DNA from: Nageia nagi
Taxonomy: Eukaryota > Plantae > Pinophyta
Length of the DNA: 64,000 bases
Direction: 5' to 3'
Assembly (NCBI GenBank): GCA_050084985.1
Contig: JBITNC010000001.1
Coordinates: 121,334,001 to 121,398,000 of the forward strand
The notes under the pieces are model-generated. The model made no database searches and was not told the origin of the DNA. It saw only the letters and a program-made list of their open reading frames with translations. Below are positions 14,008 through 27,050 of this stretch, piece after piece (position 1 is the stretch's first letter; the number at the start of each line of letters is the position of its first letter). The position numbers and the translations under genes are program-made.

Positions 14008-15200
14008 TTAAGTATATTGGTTTAAGATTTCATGGATAAAACTATAATTACAAATATCTTTGTAGGTTTGTCTAATATCTCTGTAGAGTGGGTAGAAAAA
14101 GATAAAAAGATTCTCATCCTCCATGGAATTTAGGTTACAAAATTTACAAATTATTTTACCCCAAGATGTCTTTGGTATTGTCCATATACTAATTTCAGTA
14201 TGTAGTTTATGTGAATTAGTTCTTAATTTTCCAAACATAAGTTTTTTTTTGAAACTAATAATCTTATGTTTGTCAATGATATTTTTATAGTAAGATAATT
14301 TTCTTATATCTTTGATGTTATCATCACTCCAAAATATTTTAATTATAGTTTTTGCAATTTGTATTTATAATTTATTGCTATCAAAGTTATATTATTGTGT
14401 AAATCCAAAAAATCAAACTACTTATCAATTTCTTTTAACCTGATTTTTTAAAAATGTTGATGAGTTGAACAAGTTTATTGGGTGATTGAAAATAATCTAA
14501 GGTGATATAACTTTGTTAGCTTATAATTGTACACTATATATCATTTTAAAGCTTCACTTTCAATAGAAAGTAAACTAGTTTCCATGAGAAGTATAGGGTA
14601 TGGTATGTTATTCTTAATTTTGAAGTTATAAAGGATAAATTATTTTTGGATTTGTTCAAGTTTATTTCAAGTTTTTAGGAAATGCTTCCACCATAGAATT
14701 CAAAATCATAGAGTATCATTAATATTCATGTAAAAGGAATTTTTTTCCTTTTTTATCTCAAATTCCAAAGTCTTACATTTTTCACATTTATTTACCAAAC
14801 CATAGAGGGCTTTTCATTTAGTAGAGATCCATTTTTCAACACTTGAATTCTAATTTAATTTATAACTTATGTTGATATCCAAATATTTGTAAGAGTGAAC
14901 CATCTCTAAAAGTTGATTATTAAAGAGAATTGTGGAGAGAATCATCTTTTTAAATTTAATGATCATACTTTTAATTTTATCTATATTAATTGTTAATGTT
15001 TAATTAATAATACAATATCATATACATAAAATAGAAGAAAAATAATGAAATTAGAAAGGTTATTATTTAGGTTGCTTATGAATATCATGTCAATTTTTGA
15101 ACCATTTTAAGTTCAATAATAGACAAATTGAATTTTCCTTTCTTCATTTGTAATTCCATTGAGTATTCTATTAAAAGATTTAGGAGGAATATAGTAGCTC
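14008..15200 (-). mobile_element. Decayed non-L1 LINE ORF2 3' part (RTE-X/L2/CR1-like C-terminus)
   Basis: ORF 14008-14238 KLRTNSHKLHTEISIWTIPK..ICKFCNLNSMEDENLFIFFYPLYRDIR fits the R..SH.L..E.GR...C..C...EDE.H...C..Y..IR motif. Upstream NKLEQIQK..NNIPYPILLMET resembles the post-RT region. Confidence 0.6.
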
Positions 15201-15249
15201 TACATCTCCATGAATTTTTAATTTACCTTATTTATCTCAAGGCTTTGGA

Positions 15250-16960
15250 TAAGCAAATTCCTAGGTTTAGAATAAAGGCAAGGGGTCAATTATTTAAGAA
15301 ATAAAGGAGTAATGAAGCTGGAAAAACCCATATTCAATCTAATATTGCAACTGGTAAGAAATCTTCAAATCAAGGTAGTAGTGATGGGGATGAAGATAAC
15401 CTTACTATAACTGAGTATTTCAAGGTTAAGGGTTCTCATAAAAGAGTTAGTAGGTTGGAGAAAGTAGTAACTATGGCAAAGTGACTTACCTCCATCTAAG
15501 AAAGTTCAAAAACTAAATTCTAGTGATGCTAAAGGGTCTGTCTTAGCTTAGGTGGTTCCCAAGATCAAAAATAAATAAGTTAAATCTAAGAAACATGCTC
15601 AGGTACAAAGCGCAAACCTAAATCCTAAAAAAGTTGATGTTTATTCAACCTTGATATCTATTAGGAGTGATGAGAAGCTGAATAAGAATGAATCCAAAAA
15701 TTTTCTAGAGAACCTAAAGAAGTTATTCAATAAACCTTCTAGTATTGCATCTCAAACCACAACAAGCAGTGTTGAATGTTAGAGTGTAGCATCTGAAAGG
15801 AATTCAAAGGAAGATAAGGAAGGTACTATTAAGAAAAATGAGCAAAAGGAGCATCAAGTTCCTAATTAGGTGAATATGAATCCTCAAGAGAATGTAGCAA
15901 TTTTCATAGACTTAGAGGAGATCTAACCACCTAAATTTTTTAAATAAGAGAGTTTTGTAAGAGAAAATAGAGTAGCCATGGACTGCACTCAATGAAGATC
16001 CTCTCAAAGGGTGAGAGGAAAGATATAGGTGACGCTCATCCAAAGTTAAAGCCTACATATGATACCCAAGAGTCAAAAATTATCAAGGAGAAGGGAGGAT
16101 TGGGAAAGTTAAAAGTGTATATTGAAATCCAAAAGCAACAGATTGTAGCAGTAGAGAAAATGGTGAAGATGCAGTTAGGTGGAGAGACTGTAATTAGGAA
16201 ACCAAAAAATACTACGAATATAAGGACTTAAAAATTAAAAAAATCCTTGAGTGTGAAGGCTAGAGTGCATCAAAGAAGCAGTTGAATATAAGGTCTATAC
16301 AAGATAAGAAGACTTCAATGAGTTGTAAGGAAACAAGGGAAGGTGATTAGATGCAATGCAGAGAGGAAAAATAGTGAAACAAAGTGTAGCTAAAAGTGGA
16401 GTGGAGCAAAAGTAGAATGAATACAAAGCCTTTAGATAAAGTGCTAATAATTCCAATTCAAAAAAGGCTCTAAAATTAAATTAGCAATAATTAAATCTCC
16501 TTAGGATAAGTTGATTCATAACATAATGTTAGTTGAAGCAATGCTACTTATAAGAAAATTCACTCATACTTTTAATGAAGTTAGAGATAATCTGACCCTT
16601 AAGAAAAAAAATTTAGGTTCAATATGTCTCTTTCTATAAGTTTAATTAAGATAACCAATCCTTCTATTACCTGGAGATATCTAGTTATGATCTTAAAGAT
16701 ATTTGTTAATCAAATTCATTTGAAGATGTTATAGTTCTTGGCTATTCTATGTCAACAAATTATATGTATTTTAATTCTCTATACTACTGTAGTTTGCTAC
16801 TAGTATGATTCTAGATGAGTTTTGCTATGGTGTGCTTTATATTGTAATATGCGAGTACATTATTTTCTCAATCTGGCTGAACTCTATGAAGTTTAAGAGG
16901 ACTTCTCAAAACTCCATTTTTTTCTATTAATACAAAATTTACCGTAATTAATTAAAAAAA
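15250..16960 (+). mobile_element. Unclassified decayed retroelement-like region (Lys/Glu-rich ORF relic with A-rich 3' end)
   Basis: Purine-rich broken reading frame (e.g. ORF 15992-16231) ending in ..ttaatacaaaatt..attaaaaaaa. No diagnostic domain recognised. Confidence 0.3.
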
Positions 16961-17535
16961 GGTTACTATTTATGCACACAACTTCTTTCAAATATTTTTC
17001 TCAAAACATACAACACATTAGATAATAGATATAATAGAAAACACAAAAGAATTTTTAAAACAAGTTGTAATATTTTTAATTGAAAAAATAAAAAATAAAA
17101 AATTGGAAATCTATAAAAAGTATTGGGAGGAAGAAATTATAAAAATAGATCAATTAAATGATATATAAGATTAAGAGGAAGATGAATTATTAGCAATTAT
17201 TTGACTAATAAAAAGTTTTTAATTTGAAACGAAAAATGGGGCCTGTAGGATCTATTTTTATGGAGCAAGATGTTCTATAAAGCAAAATAATTTATGCTAC
17301 AAGGTTGCATATTTAAGCAAATGAAAAAAGGGTGTAGCTTGAAATTACTAGCTTAAAAAATTTGGAAAATTTTTAGGAAAGTTTTATGCCACTTGTCAAA
17401 CATCCAACATATTTTGACCTAAATAAAATGAAAGGAAAAATAACTAAGAGAAAATATTCCTTAAAGTTTGAAGGTTAAATTTTTAAACCATCAAACATAC
17501 TTAATTCATGGGACCACTATAACTTAAAAATACTA

Positions 17536-17830
17536 GTAAAAAAATTCAACAACACGCTCTTAGAATTTTTAGGAAACCCACCTCCATGGCATCCCATCCT
17601 AAGACTAATCTTTGGTTCGATTCCATTTCTTTGTAAAAAAATTCAAGAGCACACTCTTAGAATCTTTAGGTAACCCACTTCCATGAGATCCCACCCTAAG
17701 ACTAATCTTTAGTTTGATTACATTCCTTTGTAAAAAAATTCAACAGCACTTTCTTAAAATTTTTTAAGAAACCCTCCTCCATGAAATCCCACCCTAAGAT
17801 TAATCTTTGATTTGATTCCATTCCTTTTTA
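17536..17830. repeat. Three-copy ~97-bp tandem repeat upstream of LecRK
   Basis: attcaa..ctcttagaat..ctaagactaatcttt recurs at 17543, 17641 and 17738. Confidence 0.9.
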
Positions 17831-18552
17831 CTAAATGATGTCAAACATCCTTGTTGGTATGGGTCACAAGTACTACCCATCAAAGAAGTGATAAGACTAG
17901 ACTTGGTGAAAGACTTCTATTATTGGAGTGAATCATTAATTTCGAAAATCCCCGTCCTTCATTATCTTCGACGGGACAACCCATTAGTGGATGGCAGTCC
18001 ACCGAAACCGTGTGGAATCAAAACCCCTCACTAAGTCTGACGATTGACCGATTTGCACTTGATTTTCGTAAAGTCTGATAATGCCTTCTCCACTTTATTG
18101 TAAGCATTTACTTTCGACCAGAGCGTCCATGCCTGAATCCCGGCAAACTAGAGACACAGGCGTTATGGGTCCAATGTAACTGGCCCACCGTCCCATAGAT
18201 CGCGCCTGGTCTCTCGATAACGTAAATAAAATTTCTTCCTTTTTCGATGAATGCGTCAAAAGTGGATCTTTTTCTAGTTCATTTGAACATTCAAAAGGAT
18301 GTCAGCATTTTGCAACATTCCTTTCACCTCACAGTTTGTTGGTTGAGTTGATCATGTTGTTAGCTTGTTTTACAGAATGTTTCATGTTTCAATCTCACTA
18401 AAAATGATACAATATACTTTTTCCAATCGTCCATAAACCCCTCTTATCTCCTAAGAAGGTTAATAAAATTTCTTTCTTTCTTGCTTTCTATATATCTTGT
18501 TCTGTTTTCTTTTCAAACAAAAGCCTGATCCCTTACAATCTCTTCTACAACA

Positions 18553-19236
18553 ATGGCAGGCGTAGCTGTAGTCTTTGTGGTGTTTGCTGCTCTCTGCACA
18601 AGACCACGCCACCTTCATCTTCAACCGATTCAACGCCTCAATTGATCTCACTTTGCTTGGTAATGCTTCAATCCGATCCAATTATCATGCCCTCTGCGTC
18701 ACAGATCAATCACAACACATCTATGGCCTGGTGTTATACACACACCCTGTGCGTTTCAAAGACGGAAGCACCACGAACAAAATTTTCTCATTTAGCACTA
18801 GTTTTGTATTCAGCATGGTTCCCTCTCCTGCAGATCTTCTAACGGCTACAGGTTGGCATTCATCATAGCTCCCAACAAGTCTCCAGTGGAAAATTCAACA
18901 GGTAGGTACCTTGGCTTGTTCAATTCTTCCACCCACGGCAAACGTCAGAACCATCAGTTTGCTGTTGAGTTCGATGACAGTAGGAACCCAGAAGTCGAAG
19001 ACCCCGACAACAATCACGTCGGAATTGATCTCAATGAGCTCACTTCTATACAGTCGAAATTCGCAGCCTACTGGAATGGAAACGAGTTCCAAAACCTTGA
19101 TCTCAATAATGGACATAACATTCAAACTTGGATTGATTATGACCATCTTGAGAATCAGATCAATATTACCATAGTTCCGGTGGGTTCCGTTCGACCGTTT
19201 AAGCCCCTGTTATCACTGAGAAACAAGAGTCTCTCA
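18553..19236 (+). pseudogene. LecRK fragment B1: signal peptide plus legume lectin domain, cut by a Copia insertion
   Basis: ATG at 18553 with a hydrophobic leader, then TFIFNRF..LLGNASI..SFSTSFVFSM..LAFIIAP..YLGLFN..FAVEFD..DPDNNHVGIDLN..WIDYD. Two frameshifts (frames 18553, 18575, 18853). TATA-like ctatatat at ~18488. Confidence 0.93.
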
Positions 19237-22200
19237 TGTTGAAGATTTTAGAGTAATTCCAAGTTGGTATACTTCCGTATATAGACTGATTGTAAATATA
19301 TATATTTCCTAGATTAGAGATATGCTCTGCTGGCTGACAGATTTGTAGTCCTAAACTTTAGCATTCCAATTATGTATAGTGGCTATTTATGCCCACAATA
19401 TTGTAAAGAGCAAAGTATGAATGAAAAAACCAAGTTTTGACTTGGTATCAGAGCCAGGTTACGAAAAACACCATATGGCTTCCGAATCATCAACTCCAGT
19501 AATCCATATCCAATCTAAAAATTCTAGCTTCCAGGCAGGAGTTGTCCTCACCGAAAGTAACTATGATGTATGGTCCCAAATATTAGAGATACAAATCCAG
19601 GAGTGAGAAGCTCGAATATATTATTGGTAAAACTAATCCACCGAAGGAAACTGATGTTGCCTATGCAAAGTGGTATGTAGAGAATCAAAAGGTCAAGGGT
19701 TGGTTGCTAACCTCCATGTCGCCAGAGATAATGAAGCGTTATGTTCGACTGCGTACCGCAAGGGAAATCTGGAGTGCTCTTGCCAAAGCATTCTATGATG
19801 GATCGGATGAGACACAACTCTTTGCATTGAATCAGCGTGCCTTCACCATCAAACAAGCTGGTCGACCTTTATCAACTTATTACGGTGAGCTTGTCGAAAT
19901 TTTTCAAGAATTAGATTATCGTAATAAAGTTATCATGAAGGATCCTGATGATATTGTCACCTATAAGAAATCTGTTACACGGTTGAGAGTGCACATCTTT
20001 CTTAGTGGCCTGGATGCAGAATTCGAACAAATTAGAGGTGAGGTTCTTCGGAAGGACCCCGCAATGGACCTCGATGACACCTATGCCTATGTCCGTCGAG
20101 ATGCTATACATTGAACCACCTTAAATGCTGAACCCGATAATCTTGAGTCTTCCGCTCTAATGGCTTGATGCGCTAAGCCTCAACCATGACAATCTGCTCA
20201 AAAAATTGATTCTGACCAAGCAAGATCTCAGAAGGGAAGCTATGAAATAGGTGCTACCAAACCTGAATGTTTGTGCACTCACTGTGGTGAGATAGGCCAT
20301 ACAAAGGCATGGTGTTATGACTTAATTGGCTATCTAGATTGGTGGGATCTAGCAAGGGCACCGCGCAAGTGCAATTTGAAGCCAAATCACCAAGCTTCTG
20401 TTGCTGTGACCAAACCTTCTAATGATGGTGTAGAAGCTTCCTCTTTGATTGCTACTTCAGGTAACATTGGTAAGGATTTCCATACTTGTGCATCAAATTG
20501 TAGTACTAGTACATGGATAATTGATTCTGGTGCTACGGATCACATGACCTTTGACAGTCAGCATGTTCATTCTATGAAACAGTCCACCACACATATAGTC
20601 TCTACTGCCAATGGCAATTCCTCACCTGTGATTGGAGAATGTTTAGTTCTTTTATCACATAATTTGAATCTTGATTCTATTTTAGTTGTACCTTTCCTTA
20701 AACATAATTTATTGTCTATTGCTCAAATAACTAGTGCATTGTATTGTGTTTGATTTTCTGGCCTAACCATTATGTTTTTAAGGACATTCAAACTCAGAAG
20801 ACAATTGGTTATGGTACTAGAAGGGGAAAGCTATACTATCTAGATCTGAAGCCTACTAGCTCACATCAGTTGGCTCAAGCTCTTTCAACGGATTAGATTG
20901 ACAAATCCTCCAAAATTTGGTTGTGGCACAAGCACTTGGGTCATGTGTCTTTTGGATATTTAAAAAAATTGTTCCCAAATTTGTTTTCTCAGTTAAGTGC
21001 TTTAGATTTCAAATGTAGTATTTGTGAACTTGCAAAAAGTCACGTGTATCATTCCCATTGAGCATGAATAAAAGTCCAGTACCTTTTATGTTGATTCACT
21101 CTGATGTATGGGCTAGCCAAACACCCTTCCTTGAATGTTTCTCATTGGTTTGTCACATTTATTGATGATCACACTCGTATGACTTGGGTTTGCTTGATGA
21201 AATCAAGAATGAAGTTAGCTCCTTGTTTTAGAAATTTCATAAGATGGTCACCACTCAATACTAATCTCACATACAAGTTCTTCCTACTGATAATGGTGGA
21301 GAGTTTGTTAATCAAGACCTAAAGAAGTACTTGCAGGAACATGGCATATCTCACTAGATGACTTGCCCTTATTCCCTTCAGCAAAGTGGGGTTGCAGAGT
21401 GCAAGAATTGCCACCTACTTGAAGTTGTATGAGCCTCTTTATTTGGAGCTCACATGCCCACTAGTTACTGGGGTGAAGCACTCAGTGTTGCAGCTTACCT
21501 CATTAACCATGTACCCTCCAGCTCGTTGAATTTTCAAACTCCTTTTGAAGTTCTTCATTTGACTATAACTGCTCCTACTGCTCCAAGTTTATCACCTAGA
21601 ATTTTTGGGTGCATGGCATTTGTGCATCTTCTTAAGTCATTGTGTGATAAGCTGGAACCATGAGCACTACGATGTATCTTTGTTGGCTATGCCCACTTTA
21701 GAAGGGCTATTGTGCTATCATCCCCCATCACAAAAAATGTATGTCACCCTTGACGTTGTCTTTCATGAAAATGACATTTACTATGCTGTTCCTAAGTCCT
21801 CAATTCAAGGAGAGAGACAAAATGAATTGCAGACTCTAAATCTAAATCCTTCTTTGGACCAATCAAATACAAGTGGTGAGTGTCTAGAGGAGGCAACCGG
21901 GCAGCGTGAGCAACCTGTTCTTGACCAACCAGATGTTAGTTTAAATGAGGAAAATATTCAAAATCAGATGGAAGCAACTCCACTTCAAGTACCATCTGAC
22001 CAATTATTTTCTGAAGATAATTCCTTTCTCAAACCCCAGGTACAACCCCAGGTACATTCTGAATCTCAATTCCTTCCAAAAGTACTACCTAATTGAGCCA
22101 CTAGAGGTATACCTAGAGCTAACTATGAACTTGTTCTTAGTTCCAATCCTAAGTATCTCATGAGCAACTATGTATCGTACCATAGACTGTCAAAAGAAAG

Positions 22201-23079
22201 TGAGTCATTACGAATCAATTATCTACTGTATCTATTCCTACTAACATGCAGGAAGCTCTAGGAGATCCAAGGTGGAAGGAAGCTATGAATGAAGAAATGA
22301 AGTCACTTCAAAAGAACTCAACTTGGAATGTTGTTGAGCTACTTGAAGGAAAGAAACCTATTGGATGTAGGTGGGTTTTCACAATCAAATACAAGGCAGA
22401 TGGAACCATTGAATGATTCAAAGCTAGACTAGTTGCCAAGGGGTACACTCGAACTTATGGAATTGACTACATGGAGACATTCGCACCAGTAGCAAAAATC
22501 AATACTATCCGTATTCTTATATCCTTGGCGGTGAATCTTGATTGGCCATTGCACCAGTTTGATGTGAAGAATGCCTTCTTGCATGGAGACCTTCAAGAGG
22601 AAGTATACATGGAGTTGCCCCTTGGATGTAATATGCAGTCAGAAGGTGGAAAACATGTCTGCAGATTAAAAAAGGCCCTATACGGTCTAAAGCAATCTTC
22701 GAGAGCATGTTTGGAAGGTTTACGAAGTCAATGAAGGTTTTTGGATACAAGCAGAGTAACTTAGATCATACTCTTTTTGTGAAGCATAATAAAGGAATGA
22801 TTACTTGTCTCATTATGTATGTTGATGATATGATAGTAAGAGAAATGATTCAGAAGAGAGGAGAGCATTGTAGAACCATCTGCTCAAGAATTTGAGATGA
22901 AGGACCTTGGTCCATTAAAGTACTTCCTTGGTATTGAAGTGTCAAGATCAAAGGAATGTGTCTTTCTATCTCAACGAAAATATGTCTTAGATTTACTAAG
23001 TGAGACTGGTATGACGACATGTAGTCCAGTTAGCACTCTTATGGAAGAAAACTTGAAGCTAGGCATATATCTGGATCAC
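19237..23079 (+). mobile_element. 3'-truncated Ty1/Copia retrotransposon with short 5' LTR (19237-~19442)
   Basis: Starts TGTTG; Met-tRNA PBS tggtatcagagcc at 19443; gag ATG 19475; zinc knuckle CTHCGEIGHTKAWC; protease WIIDSGATDHM; integrase (FIDDHTRMTWV, WGEAL..AAYLIN); RT ([45 protein letters not shown]). No RNase H or 3' LTR; many stops. Confidence 0.95.
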
Positions 23080-26000
23080 CCACCTTCATCTTCAATCGAT
23101 TCAACGCCTCAATTGATCTCACTTTGCTTGGTAATGCTTCAATCTGATCCAATTATCATGCCCTCTACATCACAGATCAATCACAACACATCTATGGCTT
23201 GGTGTTATACACACACCCTGTGCGTTTCAAAGATGAAAGCACCATGAACAAAATTTTCTCATTTAGCACTAGTTTTGTATTCAACATGGTTCCCTCTCCT
23301 GCAGATCTTCTAACCGGCTACAGGTTGGCATTCATCATAGCTCCCAACAAGTCTCCAGTGGCAATTTCAATAGATAGGTACCTTGGCTTGTTCAATTCTT
23401 GCACCCACGAAAATGTCAGAACCATCAGTTTGATGTTGAGTTCGATGATAGTAGGAATGCAAAAGTCAAAGACCCGACAACAATCACATCAGAATTGATC
23501 TCAATGACCTCACTTCTATACAGTCGAAGTCTGTAGCCTACTGGAATGGAAACGAGTTCCAAAACCTTGATCTCAATAATGGACATAACATTCAAACTTG
23601 GATTGATTATGACCATCTTGAGAATCAGATCAATATTACCATAGTTTCGATGGGTTCGTTCGACTATTTAAGCCCTTTTATCGCTGAGAAACAAGTCTCT
23701 CATCCATATTACAAGAAGAAATGTACATTGGCTTTTCTACATCTACAGGGCTCGTTGTTGAAGATCACTGCATTCTCACCTGGAGCTTTTCTACCAATGG
23801 AGTAGCATCGGCCTTGGATATATCCCATCTTCCTTCGCTTCTACAAAAACATTCCAAGAACTCTAAAAGCTGGGTTATTTTTGGTTGTTATTGCAGCTTG
23901 CATCCTTGTCTTGTTGCTTGTATGTCTTATACTATCCATCTGGTGTCGGAAGAGAAGGATGTATAGAGATTTGATTAAAGAATGGGAGGTGGAGTATTGG
24001 CCTCACAGGTTTAAGTACAAGGAATTGCATGTCGCCACCAAGGTGTTCTGTGACGAACAAGTTTTAGGCTGAGGAGGCTTTGGACAGGTTTACAAAGGAA
24101 TTCTTCCTTCCAACGATCTCCAAGTGGCAGTAAAGCACATATTGAGAGAATCCATCGGAGTGATGCCTCTCCTAAGGTGGTGAGTGTGCATAGAGCTAAC
24201 CTCTAGCACATGGGGATCCATTCTGGGTTTAGACTATCATGTTTTACGAACCATGACGGACAAGGGTGTGAGTCTATTCCTATGGTTGGATTGGGCAGTA
24301 TGGATGGGCGAATAAAGCTTAGGGGGACCTAAGGGGTGATTCCCATTTGAAGGTCATTGGTTGGGTGGTGAGCACCAAGCACTCTGGTAACTATGACAAT
24401 CCAGTGCTCCAAGGGGTCGGATCAGCTCTAGAGGCACATGAGGCCTCGAGCAGTATGCAACTACGGATTTGACGGACAGGCGGAGCTGGCTAGATTCATA
24501 GGTCATGCCGTCCAGGGTTGTACCCTAACTTGAGAACTGTGCTATCTATGCTGGTGCTTGGGGGGTACTATCGATCGCCACACCCCAAGGGGTGGCGTAA
24601 TCTCGTACCATTTCATGTGGTATCAGAGCCTTCGGGGTTTAGGCAAGGAGGGTGCCATGTGCCGTGTGTATCATGTGGATTTAACCCATGTCGAAGCATG
24701 ATGCACCAGGGGGACCGGTTGCTCACCTAAACCTTGGTTGGAAAATGGGCAAGTATGCACTAGTGCTTAATTACTGTACATGCAGGGTGCTGATGCGTTG
24801 AAGGAGGTAGTACCTTACTGTAGTGCGATGCACCAAAGGAGGCAACACTTTCCCATTATGCAGATTCACTAAAGAAGGTAGCACTCTCTATTGTATAGAT
24901 TCACCGAAGAAGGCAACACTCTCTATTGTGCAGATATGTCGAAGAAGCTAGCACTCTCTTATTATGCTCCTAGTGAAAGGAGTGGGATCCCATATGCCAT
25001 GTTGAAGGCATTATAATATTGCAATGCTAAAGGCAAAACATAGACTCTTGTCATGCCCTATCCGAGCCCTTGTGAAATCATAGAGAGTTTATTGGGGGGG
25101 TGAATTGGGTGTGCTATTTGCCATATGTTTGTGCATGCTTTGTGTTGTGTGTTTGTTTTTGCTCATGCACAACTTTGGTTGCCTTAGCAATTTGCAATGC
25201 CTTGTGTTGTATCCTAATATAGGTTGAAGGTGAAGTGTGAAAAGTGTGCTCGCGAGCTGTCCACCATTTGTGTCATGTTGGTGATTAGTTGTTCAAGATG
25301 TCTGCATAACTGATTGGGGAAGTATCACAAGTTGCCTCGTAAGATAACTGTGATACCGAAGTGGAGGGAACTCCTTATCGAGTTATGCACTAGATAACTA
25401 TGGATAAGTACATGGAATAGTTTGAGGATCAGAGCATCCAAAATCGTAGTAAACCTCATGGTGAGAGAGTGGGTTATGGCGATAAGGTCATACGACTCTA
25501 GGCAGAAAATGTAGCCTTGGTAGAAGAACTTGTAGCTGCATGTGAGAATCTCGCGAACCTTTCGATAAGCCTTTGACTTAGAAGCTCAAGTAAGTGAAGG
25601 CAGTCGTGTCATTGAAGAGTTAACTGAATAAGTGACTCTCTTAAGACATTTGCTAGCTGGCTCAACCTCTAGAAGCCATGATAAGGTTGAGGCCAAGATA
25701 AAGGTGAAAATGCCAGCTGCATACGATGGGGAAAGAGATGCTACAGTGTTGGAAATGTGGATTTGGGATCTTGAGCATTACTATGGGCAGCTCCCATGAG
25801 TGGAGGATGAGAAAAAGGTTAATATTACAGTGGGTTTATTGGATGGAGGAGCTAAGCTTTGGTGGAGAACTCGGTTAGTATTGGTTGAGAGAGATGCTTG
25901 CAAAACTTGGGAAGAGTTCTGGTAACTATTGAGAGAACAGTTTAAACCAATGAATGTAGATAAGAAGGTTTTGGAGGAGTTGGACACCTTACAACACACT

Positions 26001-27050
26001 GGTACCATAGACGAGTACATCAAATCATTTCAAATATGTGTGTTGGCAACCTCTAGTATTTCGGAGCATGTTAAGCTGCACTATTTTATGAAGGGCCTTC
26101 AACCTTGGGCCAAAGCTGAGCTAAAAGATAACAAATCAATACACTTGCTGAAGCCATTAGGAAGCAAAGAAGTTGAGCAATTATAAGGGGTCTAGGCTAG
26201 AGGAGGATAAGGGAGAATGAGACCAGGAGAAAGGAGATGGGGATTCAGATAAAAGCAGAGGGGAGATCATAGTGGCAGTCAACATCACAAGGATAGAAGG
26301 AGGAGGCATGAGAGGTCTGGAAGGAGGAATGCAAGGCATGGATGACACAGCTGAACAAGATGTTACCAGAGGACCATTCTTCCATTCGATGGACATTGTT
26401 GATGAGGTCATCAACATCTTTAAGTGGGGAAGAATGTGAGAGGGCCGCCTCTCCCAGGGTGGTGAATGTGCTAGAGTGCAACCTCTAGCACACGGGGATC
26501 CATTTCGGGCCCAGACTACCGTGCTTTACGAACCATGACGGACAAGGGTGTGAGTCCGTTCCTATGGTTAGATTGGGCAGTATGGATGGGTGAATAAAGT
26601 TCAGGGGGACCTAAGGGGTGATTCCCGTTTGAAGGTCATTGGTTGGGTGGTGAGCACCAGGCACTCTGATAACTATGACAATCCGATGCTCCAAGGGGCC
26701 AGATTAGCTCTAGAGGCATGAGGCCTCGAGCAGTATGCAACTACGGATTTGACGACAGACAGAGCTGGCTAGATACATAGGTCATGCCGTGCGAGTTGTA
26801 CCCCAGCTTGAGAACCGTGCTATCTATGCTGACACCTGAGCGATACTATCGGTCACCATGCCCAAGGGGTGGTGCAATCTCGTACCGTTTCACAGATATC
26901 TCGAGTCTGGGCCGTCTTCAACACCGCAATCTTGTGCAAATAAGAGGCTATAGCAAGCGAGGTATGCAGTTATTCATCGTTTACGGCTTCATGCCCAACG
27001 GAAGCCTCGATAAGCTTATATTTGCGGGGAATCCAAATAGAGTGTTAAGC
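23080..27050 (+). pseudogene. LecRK fragment B2: lectin, TM and kinase subdomains I-V, interrupted by the LTR element at 24158-26894
   Basis: 23080-23702 is ~93-94% identical (by eye) to 18609-19236. Continues MYIGFSTSTG..HCILTWSF, TM, EWEVEYWPHRF, VAVK. Resumes at 26895 with DISSLGRLQHRNLVQIRGY..YGFMPNGSLDK and is truncated near 27050. Confidence 0.93.
24158..26894 (+). mobile_element. Non-autonomous Gypsy-type LTR element encoding only gag (TR-GAG-like)
   Basis: ~460-bp LTRs at ~24158-24617 and 26435-26894 (3' LTR TG..CA); PBS at 24618; PPT agtggggaagaa before 26435. Gag relic KMPAAYDGERDA..AKLWWR..TWEEF..LREQF..LDTLQHTGTIDEYIKSF..FMKGLQPWAKAEL. No pol in the 1.8-kb interior. Confidence 0.9.

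Noticed and set aside
22897-23247. Apparent RT-lectin fusion protein
   Set aside because: The lectin part is read out of frame and upstream pol has many stops.
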